64,000 bases of DNA from Tubiluchus corallicola. Lineage: Eukaryota; Animalia; Priapulida. The notes under the pieces are model-generated. The model was given only the letters and a program-made list of their open reading frames with translations, was not told the DNA's origin and did no database searches. The stretch is taken from positions 3,787-67,786 of the forward strand of contig JAQGDQ010001048.1 in NCBI GenBank assembly GCA_030141605.1. The letters are read 5' to 3'. Numbering within the stretch: the stretch's first letter is position 1; each line of letters begins with the position of its first letter. A program made the position numbers and the translations under genes. This document shows, in pieces, positions 39,017-52,947 of the stretch.

Positions 39017-41265
39017 CTTGGCAGTTAAAGGAAAGACCAAGTCGTTTGAAAAGTTGGACTTTTTCAACTTGGTGAAAAATGTTAGAAGGATTTAGTAATA
39101 AAAGTGTGATAATTGCATCTAGTAGTGCAAATAGAAAAATCACTTTAAATTCGCGATCATTTCACGCTTATGCTGTCCCATTTTGAACGCTAATTCTTCC
39201 ACCAATGACGTCATTCACGACTGAACAAAAGCAGAGCTCACTGTCAAATTTCTCCAGAAATAAAACAAGTTTTTACAAAAAATAGATAGCTAATTTTGTG
39301 ATATTTCGCATGAACATTACGTAAGCTACAGAATTTTTCATCTTTACACTTATGAACAGTCAATATGTTCACCAGTAACGTCATAATCTTCAAGTAAATG
39401 GCAGCTACCACCACGCCTGAAAACGTCTATACAGAGATAGTGTAAATTAACATTATTTTTTTGTAAATTTCATTGTTACATTTTTTAAGTTTAAATGATA
39501 ACGGTAAATAAACCCATCATGCTGACTGAAAGACTTGACCTTTCCTTTTAATTTTGTACTTAATTTTTTTTATTCACCGCCATCCAGTGTTTGTGTCCAT
39601 CACGCAACAGTTAGACAGCCTTAACGTAAACGGTGCGGCGGGACCGCAACTTATAAAATTATCACGAGTAAGCCGTGAAAAATGAAAACTAGTTACAATG
39701 TTAATAATTCTAAATTCTAGATTCTACCAAGCCGATGTGTGATATTTTATGTTTCCATAGCAACCACGCGATAATTTTTTTTAATTCTTCATAAAAAGAA
39801 CAATATCTGTTTCAAAAATATTTCATTACATTTCAATTTTGATAAATTCTTATTAGGAAAATGCAACGTTTCAGCTGCAAACTAGCACTCGTCGCCGGGA
39901 TTTATATAAAGAATGATCTAAAATGTTATGTTAAGATTAAACTAAAGCCTTAGCTAAATATATTGCTTATTAATGACATTCTGAGGGTTAAAGACAATCG
40001 TTTATTTGGCAAAGATTATTGTAATTTTATGTGTAACCCTGATTTCTCTTTAATGAATCATAATGCAAAGACTTGGGCAAAGAAAAGTTAAGCCCCACCC
40101 ATCATTCCTGTCGACGAATCAGGATTAAAATAATTTAATGACGTCGTTGTTGACGTCAGGCGTTTATGCTTCCTGAAATTGTTTACTTTATGCCGATGAC
40201 GTTGATCTTCTACATAAAATCCTGGGTAAAAACGCCATTTTAAACAGCTGCTTAGTCGAAATTGTAGCAAAGTTTGCCAGACTTAATCTGTTTGCAAAGA
40301 AACGCCTTTCACTCGTAATTTCTATTAAAATTTTCATAAGAAGTGCAGACAAACTGGACAGATATCAGAATTACTGTCAACGTCGAAGAAAAAATGGTTG
40401 CCATTGGCAACACAACATTTAGCAGAGATATTGGTTAGATCAATATACAATCATCTACCGATTTTTCTTTAGCTTCAACGTTTTTTTTTGATACCTATTT
40501 TATAGATATTGTACTACAGGGCTGTGGTGAAATGAAATGTAATGCTGGCAGGGGAATGCAGTAGACTTCTCAGGTGTGCGTGTGAGCGTGGCTTTATCTA
40601 GCACAGACACGTATTCTGACCTTGTATTAGTCAAAGCCACTAGTCACGTGCACACCTGAGCTTATAAAAAGGGAAGGTCTGCTGTAGATCCTTGTCAGTG
40701 GTCGTGTCTTTCATTGCAGCTCTGTTCACATTTCACAGGCTTTGCCGCAAACGCCGTTCTTCTAGGTAAACTGTTTGTTCCTTATTGGGGGTGTGATATG
40801 TAGAATAAAATTGTCATTTCGACTCTATTGTTCGGGTTTGTTTTGGGTTTGGTGTTGAAGGACTTAATTGGGACTTGCCGCACGGTGTGGGCTGCGGTGC
40901 CATCCGTCCTGCCTCCGTTAAAGCGGACAGCAGTCCAATATACATAATTATATTTCTGAAAGATGATGTTAATGTAGTAGCTGCATTGAATGACCAACAT
41001 GGTGACTGTAGTGAAGTAATAAAACAGACGCAAAACAACTTTATCCAGAAAAATGGGCGAATTTTCCATTAGCGTTACTGCCACCCCATATAATGTTTCT
41101 GTTTGATCAGTGTGAGTTGTCATCGAACCATGCAAAAAATCGAAGTTACCGAACCAATAACGATAATTAGAATTTTCAAGATATCGAAGCTGATATATTT
41201 CTCTCTCTCACTCTGTCTCTCACATTCTCTCTCTTTCTCTCACTCTCCCGCCATAACCCCTGTCT

Positions 41266-41448
<183 letters not shown>

Positions 41449-42049
41449 ATTTCTCGTTCTTTCTTTCTCTTCCTCCCTCTCCCCTGTCTCTTCTCTCCCG
41501 CTGCACACTGTCTCGATCTGTTCTCATTTCTTTCCCTTTTTCATTCTTCCTCTATCTTTGTAATTTTAATTAGTAATTTACACTGTGTCTAGAATCACCT
41601 TATTTTATTATTTTATTAGAAAATTTGTAAAATTTATACTTATGCTGATCTTGTACCTGCAAATAGAGGTCTTATTAATAAAGATTTTAAATAAATAAAT
41701 AAAATAAAATCCCTTCTCTCCCTTTTTCTCCTTCTCCCCTGTCGTGTTGTCTCTCTTTCCCTCACCCCATTCCTCACTGTATTCTACACATCGAGCTGCA
41801 TTTCTAACAACATCTAAATTCTTTCTCCCTCCACATCTTCAACTCTAATTAAAAGGAAATGACCTCCTCCTGAGAACTAAATGACTCATCACAAGACGCA
41901 GGGTGAAGGTTATAACTCTTAACTACAACTAATCTAGCTCAGGAAATTAAAAGGTTAATGAAAGTTGATCTTTTGTTTTACATAGCTTCCAAACCACTTA
42001 CGAACCTCCTGCAGTAGCTCAGATCAATATCAAAGTCGCCTGTCAAGGC

Positions 42050-42612
42050 CCTATTTTGAGACACAGTTCAGTTTGGAGTCTCATATTGTCCCACAGTTGC
42101 CATAGTAATAACACGCGTAGGATGCATGAATAAGGGTGATGGTATTAACAATGTAGGACCGAAGAAAGATCCTTGCAGCATCCCGTAATCCCTATTTTGA
42201 GACACCGTTCAGTTTGGAGTCTCATATTGTCCCACAGTTGCTATAGTAATAACACGCGTAGGATGCATGAATAACGGTGATGGTATTAACAATGTAGGAC
42301 CAAAGAAAGATCCTTGCAGCATCCCGTAAACCCTATTTTGAGACACAGTTCAGTTTGGAGTCTCATATTGTCCCACAGTTGCCATAGTAATAACACGCGT
42401 AGGATGCATGAATAAGGGTGATGGTATTAACAATGTAGGACCGAAGAAAGATCCTTGCAGCATCCCGTAATCCCTATTTTGAGACACCGTTCAGTTTGGA
42501 GTCTCATATTGTCCCACAGTTGCTATAGTAATAACACGCGTAGGATGCATGAATAACGGTGATGGTATTAACAATGTAGGACCAAAGATAGATCCTTGCA
42601 GCATCCCGTAAT
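42050..42612. repeat. 140-bp tandem repeat, 4 copies (3 in the mirror at 55878-56300)
   Basis: Unit CCCTATTTTGAGACAC...GATCCTTGCAGCATCCCGTAAT. Confidence 0.9.
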
Positions 42613-43639
42613 CCACATGCAGTTTTATCAATAGTAACTTTCTTTTGATCATTTTCCCTACAAGGTGCTGCTTCATCCACACTGGATAATTAACGACTGC
42701 GCAAGAATACTAATAGAAGTGCGGAACTATCACTGATGCTTATATAATTAATAATTTGTGCAATTTGCAACGAGCACTGCAGTATGGAGGGTGCGTTTGT
42801 AATGTTTATTAAACAACCCACAGAGAGAAAAAGTCTTGAAATTACGTTGCCCATTTACCACCTCTCTGGAACTTCAAAAAATTCACCCCCTTTTCAATTA
42901 AGTTGATCAATACAGTACCTCCTTTGAACAAAATTAGAAAAAAATACTTTAATGGCTTTAATGTCTTCCTGTTTTAGGACTCCTGGAACCAACAATCGGT
43001 CATTTCTGTAATTAGCAGTCCATCAAATTTACAGGAGTGTGTTTATAGGAACACCAGGAGCCTGGGTATTGAACCCGGTATACTTCTCTCTTAAAAGGAA
43101 CTGAAAGAGCTATAAAACTGCGCGTTTCTACTTTATATGTCTAGTTTAAGTTTTGCAGTATTCTGACAAAAATACTACCCCCAGACCGGTTTTTTGCATT
43201 TTACCTTTTACCATACGCATCCCAGTAAACCTTTTATATGACTTTTCTAAATATGTTTTGTGCACAAAATACTTATTTATTTATTTATTTATTTTAGGCG
43301 CATTGTCTCACCACGAAATAAAAGTAAAAATGCAATATGTCGATTTTTTAACATAGTCGAAACTTCGCTTGTCTATACATTATACATTATACATTATACA
43401 TTATACATTATACATTATTAATGTCTGTACATTAATTACTCCATCTAAAAGAAAAAGTAGTAGACAATAAATTCAAAATAACAATGACAATAACAATGGT
43501 GGTCAGCATAACCACAAATTATGCTGTTGCTGTTTACTAATGAAACACGTTTAACAAAAGTGATTTACGAATTATGGTGGGGGTAATATTTTACCCCCCC
43601 CCCCCGGTTACCAAATATGCACTTTAACATATTGAAATT

Positions 43640-44179
43640 AAACATGCCATTTATTCAAAAATGACTTCCATGAAAGAATTATTACCACACAAACATAATT
43701 TCACGTTCGCGCCACTAGTTCTTCACTGTTACATGTTTCGCCATTCGTTAGTTAGACGGGCACTAGCGCGTGCATTTCGGAAACAAATTGCACAAAATTG
43801 CACCTCTCAGTTCAGATATGTTAGTTTGTGACGAACTACATACATTCGACAGCTCATGCGTGAACACAGCAGTAAATTTGAAATTTGAATTTTTATCTTA
43901 AAACTTGCCTAGTTTTAGTACAGCACTGAATACCTTACAGTAACACTGTACTTCAATTCTCGCTTCCACAAACACGTGCAACATGCTCGTGGAATATTTT
44001 TGATGTTGAAAATTATGTTAGTTTGTGACGTTATCAATAGTTGGGCTCGCCGCCGTTAATAAATTTTTAAACCATTATTTAATTATGAGAAACACATTTG
44101 CAGTATTATTTGAGTTAAAGGTATACTTTTTATCGAACTTGAAAATGAATTAGTATACGAAAAATCATCCTGCCTCCCT
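43640..44179 (-). mobile_element. Dispersed repeat family B (TTAA-AGG terminus, Kolobok-like by inference)
   Basis: Shares sequence with 27702-27975, 29140-29300, 15580-15775 and the mirror copy 54312-54850. One end reads TTAA|AGG at 27698 and 54308. Confidence 0.5.
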
Positions 44180-45451
44180 TTAAAGGATAAGAAACGCTCT
44201 TTATTAACAATATTTATTAATAATTAATAATAATATTATTAACGTCCTGATATTTAATATCATTTGTTAAACGTAAAGTCATCTGTAAATGGTACTATTC
44301 AAGCAGGAATCCAACACACAGGACTCACTTAATGAACATAGACGTGGCAAGACCGAAACCCAACTCAGTTGTCACGGAACTCGGCGTTGCCTAATTTTTG
44401 ACAGCAAACACACATCGTGACACTTTACCAAACGATTTTCCACATTTATGGCTCAGAACTGTTCAGTAAATCAGGAAAAGTCCTGGAAATCTGCACAAGA
44501 CACGCAAGAACTTCTACACTGTAGTTCGTATTCGAGTCATGATCTTCTACTTCAATAAAATTAAGTGGAACTATTTATACCAATCTCATCTGGTATTAGT
44601 CACTCAGTGTGACTTTCTAAATTAAGAAATCAGCTACTCAGTGAATTAGTTAGTTGAGTTATGTCATCACAACAGTGTTAGCGCCAATGCATTTGCATGG
44701 CTTCATTGCATTAGCTACAATTCTTGCACATGGCTTCAATGGTTTCAGCAAAAAAAAACAACATATTTGATTAACGAGAAATTTCTGTATAAACGAACAT
44801 ATGAAGTACTAAATTCAACACAAGAGCACAAACTGTAACTAAATCTTCAATCAATCGATGAATCGGTCAGTTACTTAGTCAGTGAGTCAGCTAGTCAGTC
44901 AAACAGTTAGTCAGTCAGTCAGTTATTCAGTCATTTAGTTTTGAATGTGAGATAAAAAAGCTAAATTTAAAAATTCAAATAAAGTCATTTAACTGGTTAG
45001 TTAGTTAATCAGTCCGTCCGTCCATTAATCAATTGGTGCAAAAACTGTAAGCCAAAACTGTAACTGTATTTGAAACAATGTTTACTGGGGCCCTTCATTA
45101 CCTGTTTTGTAACATCAGAGAAGAAGAAAATTGGCAGATTTCACAATTTGGCTATAACGCATGCGCAGTTACTGTAGGTGAAAGGTTAAGTGTAACACAG
45201 CAAAGTGTCTTAAACTACAATCGTCACGTGACATGTGGGTAAATAATGATGATGATAAATCCTTTATTACGCCTCTATTGCAGGCTCAATACCGATGGGT
45301 ATTGGTGTGGGTAAAGCAAAGCCGCCTGCTGCACCGGTTCAGTAACTTCTGTCGTTTTAAATAGTCTTTAAGCATTATGCATTAGTTGTAGAGTGATTTA
45401 CAAGTAGGATCTTGCCTGGGAACAAGAAAAAATGAACTAGGTAAGATTTAC

Positions 45452-45548
45452 CTGACAAATCTTCATCATTGTCAAGTGTGTAAGAAAAGGTATCTCCTAG
45501 TAGAACCACCAGCATCACTGTGAAGACTGCAACCTGCCCAGGAGACAT
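45452..45548 (-). CDS. ALP: Agatoxin-like peptide precursor, signal-peptide exon
   Basis: TTTTTTCCAG acceptor (exon starts 45556), ATG at 45548. MSPGQVAVFTVMLVVLLGDTFSYTLDNDEDLS has a hydrophobic core followed by acidic residues. CAG|GTAAAT donor, 97 coding nt, phase 1. Confidence 0.78.
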
Positions 45549-46194
45549 CGTGGACACTGGAAAAAAGTAGATAAGATGCTAATTAAATTGTTGGTGCTCG
45601 ACGCTGTGCTTGGCCGACCTAAAATGTTTCTCCAAGCAACAGTACAGCAGTTTTAGACTAGTTAAGGCTGTAATTATCACTGTCGGCTGTTATTGCTGTC
45701 GCTGCTGCTACTAGTGATGATGATGATGTTGCTTCTGCTGCTATCATTACTGTTATAGTAATTATTATTGTTGTTGTTGTTGTTGTTGTTGTCGCTGCTG
45801 CTACTAATGGTGTTGATGGTGATGACGAAGACGGCGACGACGAGAATAAAGGCACAGCACTTTGACCGCAATTACGGTGTCAGAAATCAGTAAAAGTCAG
45901 AAAAAAGTAAAAAATCAAGCCTGTATGCGAACCTACAACCCACGAGACAGAGATGAACAAACAATTGTTCATGTACATTTTTATGTTATTTACGTGCTTT
46001 TTTACTTTTTAGTATTTCTTTATCTGACGTTTGTCCTAAATAATATAATGTAATGTAATGTAATGTAGTGTAACGTAATGTAATTTAATGTAATGTAATG
46101 TACTGTAGTGTAATGTAATGTAATGTAATGTAAAATAACACATTGTAAATCCACTATAAATAAATAAAGTTTAAACTAACTAAAATAATCTAGC

Positions 46195-46838
46195 ATAACG
46201 TAACGTAAAATAACATAGCATAACATAAAGTAAAATAACATAACATAACATAACATAACATAACATAACATAACATAACATAACATAACATAACATAACA
46301 TAACATAACATAACATAACATAACATAACATAACATAACATAACATAACATAACATAACATAACATAACATAACATAACATAACATAACATAACATAACA
46401 TAACATAACATAACATAACATAACATAACATAACATAACATAACATAACATAACATAACTTAACATCATAACGTAACTTAACATGACATACGTAACGTGA
46501 CATAAAATAACGTAACATAACGTAAAATAACATAACATGACATCACATAACATAACGTAAAATAACATAACATGACATGACATGACATGACATAACATGA
46601 CATGACATGACATAACATAACTTGACATCATAACGTAGTATAACGTAACTTAACATAACATAACGTAACGTAACATAACATGACACAACACAACATAACA
46701 TAACATAACATAACATAACATAACATAACATAACATAACATAACATAACATAACATAACATAACATAACGTAACTTAACATAACGTAACTTAACGTAAAA
46801 TAACATAACATAACATAACGTAACGTAACATAACATAA
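46195..46838. repeat. (TAACA)n pentanucleotide array
   Basis: Seen directly. An opposite-orientation (TGTTA)n array lies at 51944-52300. Confidence 0.96.
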
Positions 46839-47261
46839 TAATGTAATAAATGTAGATGCATCCGAAGACTATAGCTGTAGGTGAGAATTTCTGATAAAGA
46901 CATTATAATTATAACACAATAAAATGGCTTCTATACATTGCAAACTAAATAACATTGCATATTCTCAATATGTATTCGTTTAGTGAATCATCTCCCTAGA
47001 TCACAGTTGCACAATTAAGAACCTACGCCCAACACTGCGAGTCAATTAAGCAAGCCTACGCCGTGATAATTATGCACCTCTACTAACCGCATGTTTTCAA
47101 GTCTATTATGTTGCATTCGAGCATTCAGTGAGAGCACTGGATGTCTTCCCACGAACGATCAAAAGCAAAAGAAGCCAGCGCTCTAAACTGAATCTCTCGT
47201 TTCGTCAAGACAAAAAGAAGCCACAAAGAATTTGACGCGAAAAATTATAAATTAATGAGCG

Positions 47262-49743
47262 TTTGTACGTCTCTGGTGAATACAGACAGTTGAGATGAGA
47301 CGCCTTGTATTTCATGTGGGATGTAAAACAGACAGGAGAAACTTGTACGTCTCTGGTGAATACAGACAGCTTGGATGAGATGCCTTGTATTTCATGTGGG
47401 ATGCAAAACAGACAGGAGAAACTTGTACGTCTCTGGTGAATGCAGACAGTTGAGATGAGATGCCTTGTATTTCATGTGGGATGTAAAACAGACAGGAGAA
47501 ACTTGTACGTCTCTGGTGAATACAGACAGCTTGGATGAGATGCCTTGTATTTCATGTGGGATGCAAAACAGACAGGAGAAACTTGTACGTCTCTGGTGAA
47601 TACAGACAGCTGAGATGAGATGCCTTGTATTTCATGTGGGATGCAAAACAGACAGGAGAAACTTGTACGTCTCTGGTGAATGCAGACAGTTGAGATGAGA
47701 CGCCTTGTATTTCATGTGGGATGCAAAACAGACAGGAGAAACTTGTACGTCTCTGGTGAATACAGACAGCTTAGATGAGAGGCCTTGTATTTCATGTGGG
47801 ATGCAAAACAGACAGGAGAAACTTGTACGTCTCTGGTGAATGCAGACAGTTGAGATGAGACGCCTTGTATTTCATGTGGGATGCAAAACAGACAGGAGAA
47901 ACTTGTACGTCTCTGGTGAATACAGACAGTTGAGATGAGATGCCTTGTATTTCATGTGGGATGCAAAACAGACAGGAGAAACTTGTACGTCTCTGGTGAA
48001 TACAGACAGTTGAGATGAGATGCCTTGTATTTCATGTGGGATGCAAAACAGACAGGAGAAACCTGTACGTCTCTGGTGAATACAGACAGCTTGGATGAGA
48101 TGCCTTGTATTTCATGTGGGATGCAAAACAGACAGGAGAAACTTGTACGTCTCTGGTGAATACAGACAGTTGGATGAGATGCCTTGTATTTCATGTGGGA
48201 TGCAAAACAGACAGGAGAAACTTGTACGTCTCTGGTGAATACAGACAGTTGAGATGAGATGCCTTGTATTTCATGTGGGATGTAAAACAGACAGGAGAAA
48301 CTTGTACGTCTCTGGTGAATACAGACAGCTTGGATGAGATGCCTTGTATTTCATGTGGGATGCAAAATAGACAGGAGAAACTTGTACGTCTCTGGTGAAT
48401 ACAGACAGCTTAGATGAGATGCCTTGTATTTCATGTGGGATGCAAAACAGACAGGAGAAACTTGTACGTCTCTGGTGAATACAGACAGTTGAGATGAGAC
48501 GCCTTGTATTTCATGTGGGATGCAAAACAGACAGGAGAAACTTGTACGTCTCTGGTGAATGCAGACAGTTGAGATGAGATGCCTTGTATTTCATGTGGGA
48601 TGCAAAACAGACAGGAGAAACTTGTACGTCTCTGGTGAATACAAACAGTTGAGATGAGATGCCTTGTATTTCATGTGGGATGCAAAACAGACAGGAGAAA
48701 CTTGTACGTCTCTGGTGAATACAGACAGCTTAGATGAGATGCCTTGTATTTCATGTGGGATGCAAAACAGACAAGAGAAACTTGTACGTCTCTGGTGAAT
48801 ACAGACAGTTGAAATGAGATGCCTTGTATTTCATGTGGGATGCAAAACAGACAGGAGAAACTTGTACGTCTCTGGTGAATGCAGACAGCTTAGATGAGAT
48901 GCCTTGTATTTCTTGTGGGATGCAAAACAGACAGGAGAAACTTGTACGTCTCTGGTGAATACAGACAGTTGAGATGAGACGCCTTGTATTTCATGTGGGA
49001 TGCAAAACAGACAGGAGAAACTTGTACGTCTCTGGTGAATACAGACAGCTTAGATGAGAGGCCTTGTATTTCATGTGGGATGCAAAACAGACAGGAGAAA
49101 CTTGTACGTCTCTGGTGAATACAGACAGTTGAGATGAGATGCCTTGTATTTCATGTGAGATGCAAAACAGACAGGAGAAACTTGTACGTCTCTGGTGAAT
49201 ACAGACAGTTGAGATGAGATGCCTTGTATTTCATGTGGGATGCAAAACAGACAGGAGAAACTTGTACGTCTCTGGTGAATACAGACAGCTTAGATGAGAG
49301 GCCTTGTATTTCATGTGAGATGCAAAACAGACAGGAGAAACTTGTACGTCTCTGGTGAATACAGACAGCTTAGATGAGATGCCTTGTATTTCATGTGGGA
49401 TGCAAAACAGACAGGAGAAACTTGTACGTCTCTGGTGAATACAGACAGTTGAGATGAGATGCCTTGTATTTCATGTGGGATGCAAAACAGACAGGAGAAA
49501 CTTGTACGTCTCTGGTGAATACAGACAGCTTAGATGAGATGCCTTGTATTTCATGTGGGATGCAAAACAGACAGGAGAAACTTGTACGTCTCTGGTGAAT
49601 ACAGACAGCTTGGATGAGATGCCTTGTATTTCATGTGGGATGCAAAACAGACAGGAGAAACTTGTACGTCTCTGGTGAATACAGACAGCTTAGATGAGAT
49701 GCCTTGTATTTCATGTGGGATGCAAAACAGACAGGAGAAACTT
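47262..49743. repeat. 80-bp tandem satellite, ~31 copies
   Basis: Unit ACTTGTACGTCTCTGGTGAATACAGACAGTTGAGATGAGATGCCTTGTATTTCATGTGGGATGCAAAACAGACAGGAGAA, highly homogeneous. Confidence 0.97.
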
Positions 49744-49832
49744 CACTGAAACGGTTTCTTTCATTTGTTTTGCTTTATGGCATTGATTTGGTGTGTGTTT
49801 ACTTTAAAGGAAAGATCAAGCCTTCTAGGAAG

Positions 49833-50054
49833 TTACTACTGCTGTTACTACTGCTGTTACTGCTATTACTGCTGCTACTGCTGTTGCTGCTGTTATTGCT
49901 GTTGCTACTGCTGCTACTGCTGCTGCTGTTGCTGTTACTGCTACTGCTGTTGCTGCTGTTACTGCTACTGCTGCTTCTGCTGCTTCTGCTGCTGTTGCTG
50001 TTGCTGCTGCTGCTGCTGCTGCTGTTGCTGTTGCTGCTGTTGCTGTTACTGCTA

Positions 50055-50146
<92 letters not shown>

Positions 50147-50384
50147 ACTGCGGCTGCTACTGTTGCTGCTGCTGCTACTGTTGCTACTGCTGCTGCTGTT
50201 GCTGCTCTTACTGCTACTGCTATTGCTTTTACTGCTACTGCTGCTTCTGCTGCTGTTGCTGTTACTGCTACTGCTGCTGCTGTTGCTGCTACTGTTGCTA
50301 CTGCTGCTGCTGTTGCTGCTCTTACTGCTACTGCTATTGCTTTTGCTGCTGCTGCTGCTGTTACTGCTACTGCTACTGCTACTG

Positions 50385-50439
<55 letters not shown>

Positions 50440-50492
50440 TACTGTTAGTGCTGCTGCTGCTGTTACTGCGGCTGCTGCTCCTGTTCCTGCTG
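49833..50492. repeat. Interrupted (CTG/CTA/TTG)n tract
   Basis: Seen directly; the poly-L, poly-S and poly-C ORFs are artefacts. Confidence 0.95.
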
Positions 50493-50794
50493 TATTTTCG
50501 ATTCTCCAATTACGACAAATGTTGAACTAACCTATTCGATTGAGCAAGATAATAAATCTTCTTAAGTAAACCGTATCAACGTGAAGAGACTATTATGTTC
50601 AGAGCTTAGACAGCATAGCAGTACGCACGTCCCATCTCATGTTTAGTAATTGCCTTAACGCATATAGACAAGCTCTCTGTAATTATACGGATGTGGAGTC
50701 CAATCATGTCAATTGATTTTGTCAGATGAATTAATTCAATAACAAACAGTGAACAGGCAGTGAAAGTTTGTCTGTTATCAGCTAATATAAACTG

Positions 50795-51048
50795 TCTTTG
50801 TTTCTGTTTCTACACATTTGCATATTTAAATTTTCTTCACATGGCGATCGAGTCGAGGTTTTCTAGAGGTCGCAGAGTGTTGCTGTTGTTGATGTTGATG
50901 ATGATGATGATGATGATGATGATGACGTTGTTGTTGCTGCTGCTGCTGTTTCTGTTTCTATTTCTACACATTTGCATATTTAAATTTTCTTCACGTGGCG
51001 ATCGAGGTTTTCTAGATAGTCGTTGTAACTGCTGCTGAGGTTGCAGAG

Positions 51049-51112
<64 letters not shown>

Positions 51113-51222
51113 GCTGCTGCTGCTGCTGTTTCTGTTTCTACACATTTGCATATTTAAATTTTCTTCACGTGGCGATCGAGGTTTTCTAGATAGTCGTTGT
51201 AACTGCTGCTGAAGTTGCAGAG

Positions 51223-51253
<31 letters not shown>

Positions 51254-51423
51254 GCTGTTGCTGTTGCTGTTGTTGCTGTTGCTGTTGTTGTTGCTGTTGT
51301 TGTTGTTGCTGCTGCGGTTGCTGTTTCTGTTTCTGTTTCTACACATTTGCATATTTAAATTTTCTTCACGTGGCGAGCGAGGTTTTCTAGATAGTCGTTG
51401 TAACTGCTGCTGAGGTTGCAGAG

Positions 51424-51460
<37 letters not shown>

Positions 51461-51480
51461 GCTGTTGCTGTTGTTGCTGC

Positions 51481-51562
<82 letters not shown>

Positions 51563-51883
51563 GCTGTTGCTGTTGCTGTTGCTGTTGTTGCTGTTGTTGT
51601 TGCTGTTGTTGTTGTTGCTGCTGCGGTTGCTGTTTCTGTTTCTGTTTCTACACATTTGCATATTTAAATTTTCTTCACATGGCGATCGAGTCGAGGTTTT
51701 CTAGAGGTCGCAGAGTGTTGCTGTTGTTGATGTTGATGATGATGATGATGATGATGATGACGTTGTTGTTGCTGCTGCTGCTGTTTCTGTTTCTATTTCT
51801 ACACATTTGCATATTTAAATTTTCTTCACGTGGCGATCGAGGTTTTCTAGATAGTCGTTGTAACTGCTGCTGAGGTTGCAGAG

Positions 51884-51943
<60 letters not shown>
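50795..51943. repeat. Compound tandem repeat: constant ~80-95-bp core plus variable (GTT/GAT/GCT)n, 6 units
   Basis: Core TTTCTACACATTTGCATATTTAAATTTTCTTCAC(A/G)TGGCGA...GGTTTTCTAGA at ~50805, 50960, 51135, 51336, 51645 and 51795. Confidence 0.9.
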
Positions 51944-51944
<1 letters not shown>

Positions 51945-52947
51945 ATGTTATGTTATGTTATGTTATGTTATGTTATGTTGTGTTGTGTTATGTTGTACTG
52001 TGCTGTGCTGTGCTGTGCTATGCTATGCTATGCTATGTTACGTTATGTTATTTTATGTTATGTTATGTTACGTTATGTTATGTTATGTTATGTTATGTTA
52101 CGTTATGTTATGTTATGTTATGTTATGTTATGTTATGTTATGTTATGTTATGTTATGTTATGTTATGTTATGTTATGTTATGTTATGTTATGTTATGTTA
52201 TGTTATGTTATGTTATGTTATGTTATGTTATGTTATGTTATGTTATGTTATGTTATGTTATTTTACTTTATGTTATGCTATGTTATTTTACGTTACGTTA
52301 TGCTAGATTATTTTAGTTAGTTTAAACTTTATTTATTTATAGTGGATTTACAATGTGTTATTTTACATTACATTACATTACATTACACTACAGTACATTA
52401 CATTACATTAAATTACATTACGTTACACTACATTACATTACATTACATTATATTATTTAGGACAAACGTCAGATAAAGAAATACTAAAAAGTAAAAAAGC
52501 ACGTAAATAACATAAAAATGTACATGAACAATTGTTTGTTCATCTCTGTCTCGTGGGTTGTAGGTTCGCATACAGGCTTGATTTTTTACTTTTTTCTGAC
52601 TTTTACTGATTTCTGACACCGTAATAGCGGTCAAAGTGCTGTGCCTTTATTCTCGTCGTCGCCGTCTTCGTCATCACCATCAACACCATTAGTAGCAGCA
52701 GCGACAACAACAACAACAACAACAACAATAATAATTACTATAACAGTAATGATAGCAGCAGAAGCAACATCATCATCATCACTAGTAGCAGCAGCGACAG
52801 CAATAACAGCCGACAGTGATAATTACAGCCTTAACTAGTCTAAAACTGCTGTACTGTTGCTTGGAGAAACATTTTAGGTCGGCCAAGCACAGCGTCGAGC
52901 ACCAACAATTTAATTAGCATCTTATCTACTTTTTTCCAGTGTCCACG

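Noticed and set aside
50795-51943. CRISPR-like repeat/spacer appearance (also 37500-38145)
   Set aside because: The 'spacers' are microsatellites, the repeats are too long, there are no cas genes, and the context is eukaryotic.
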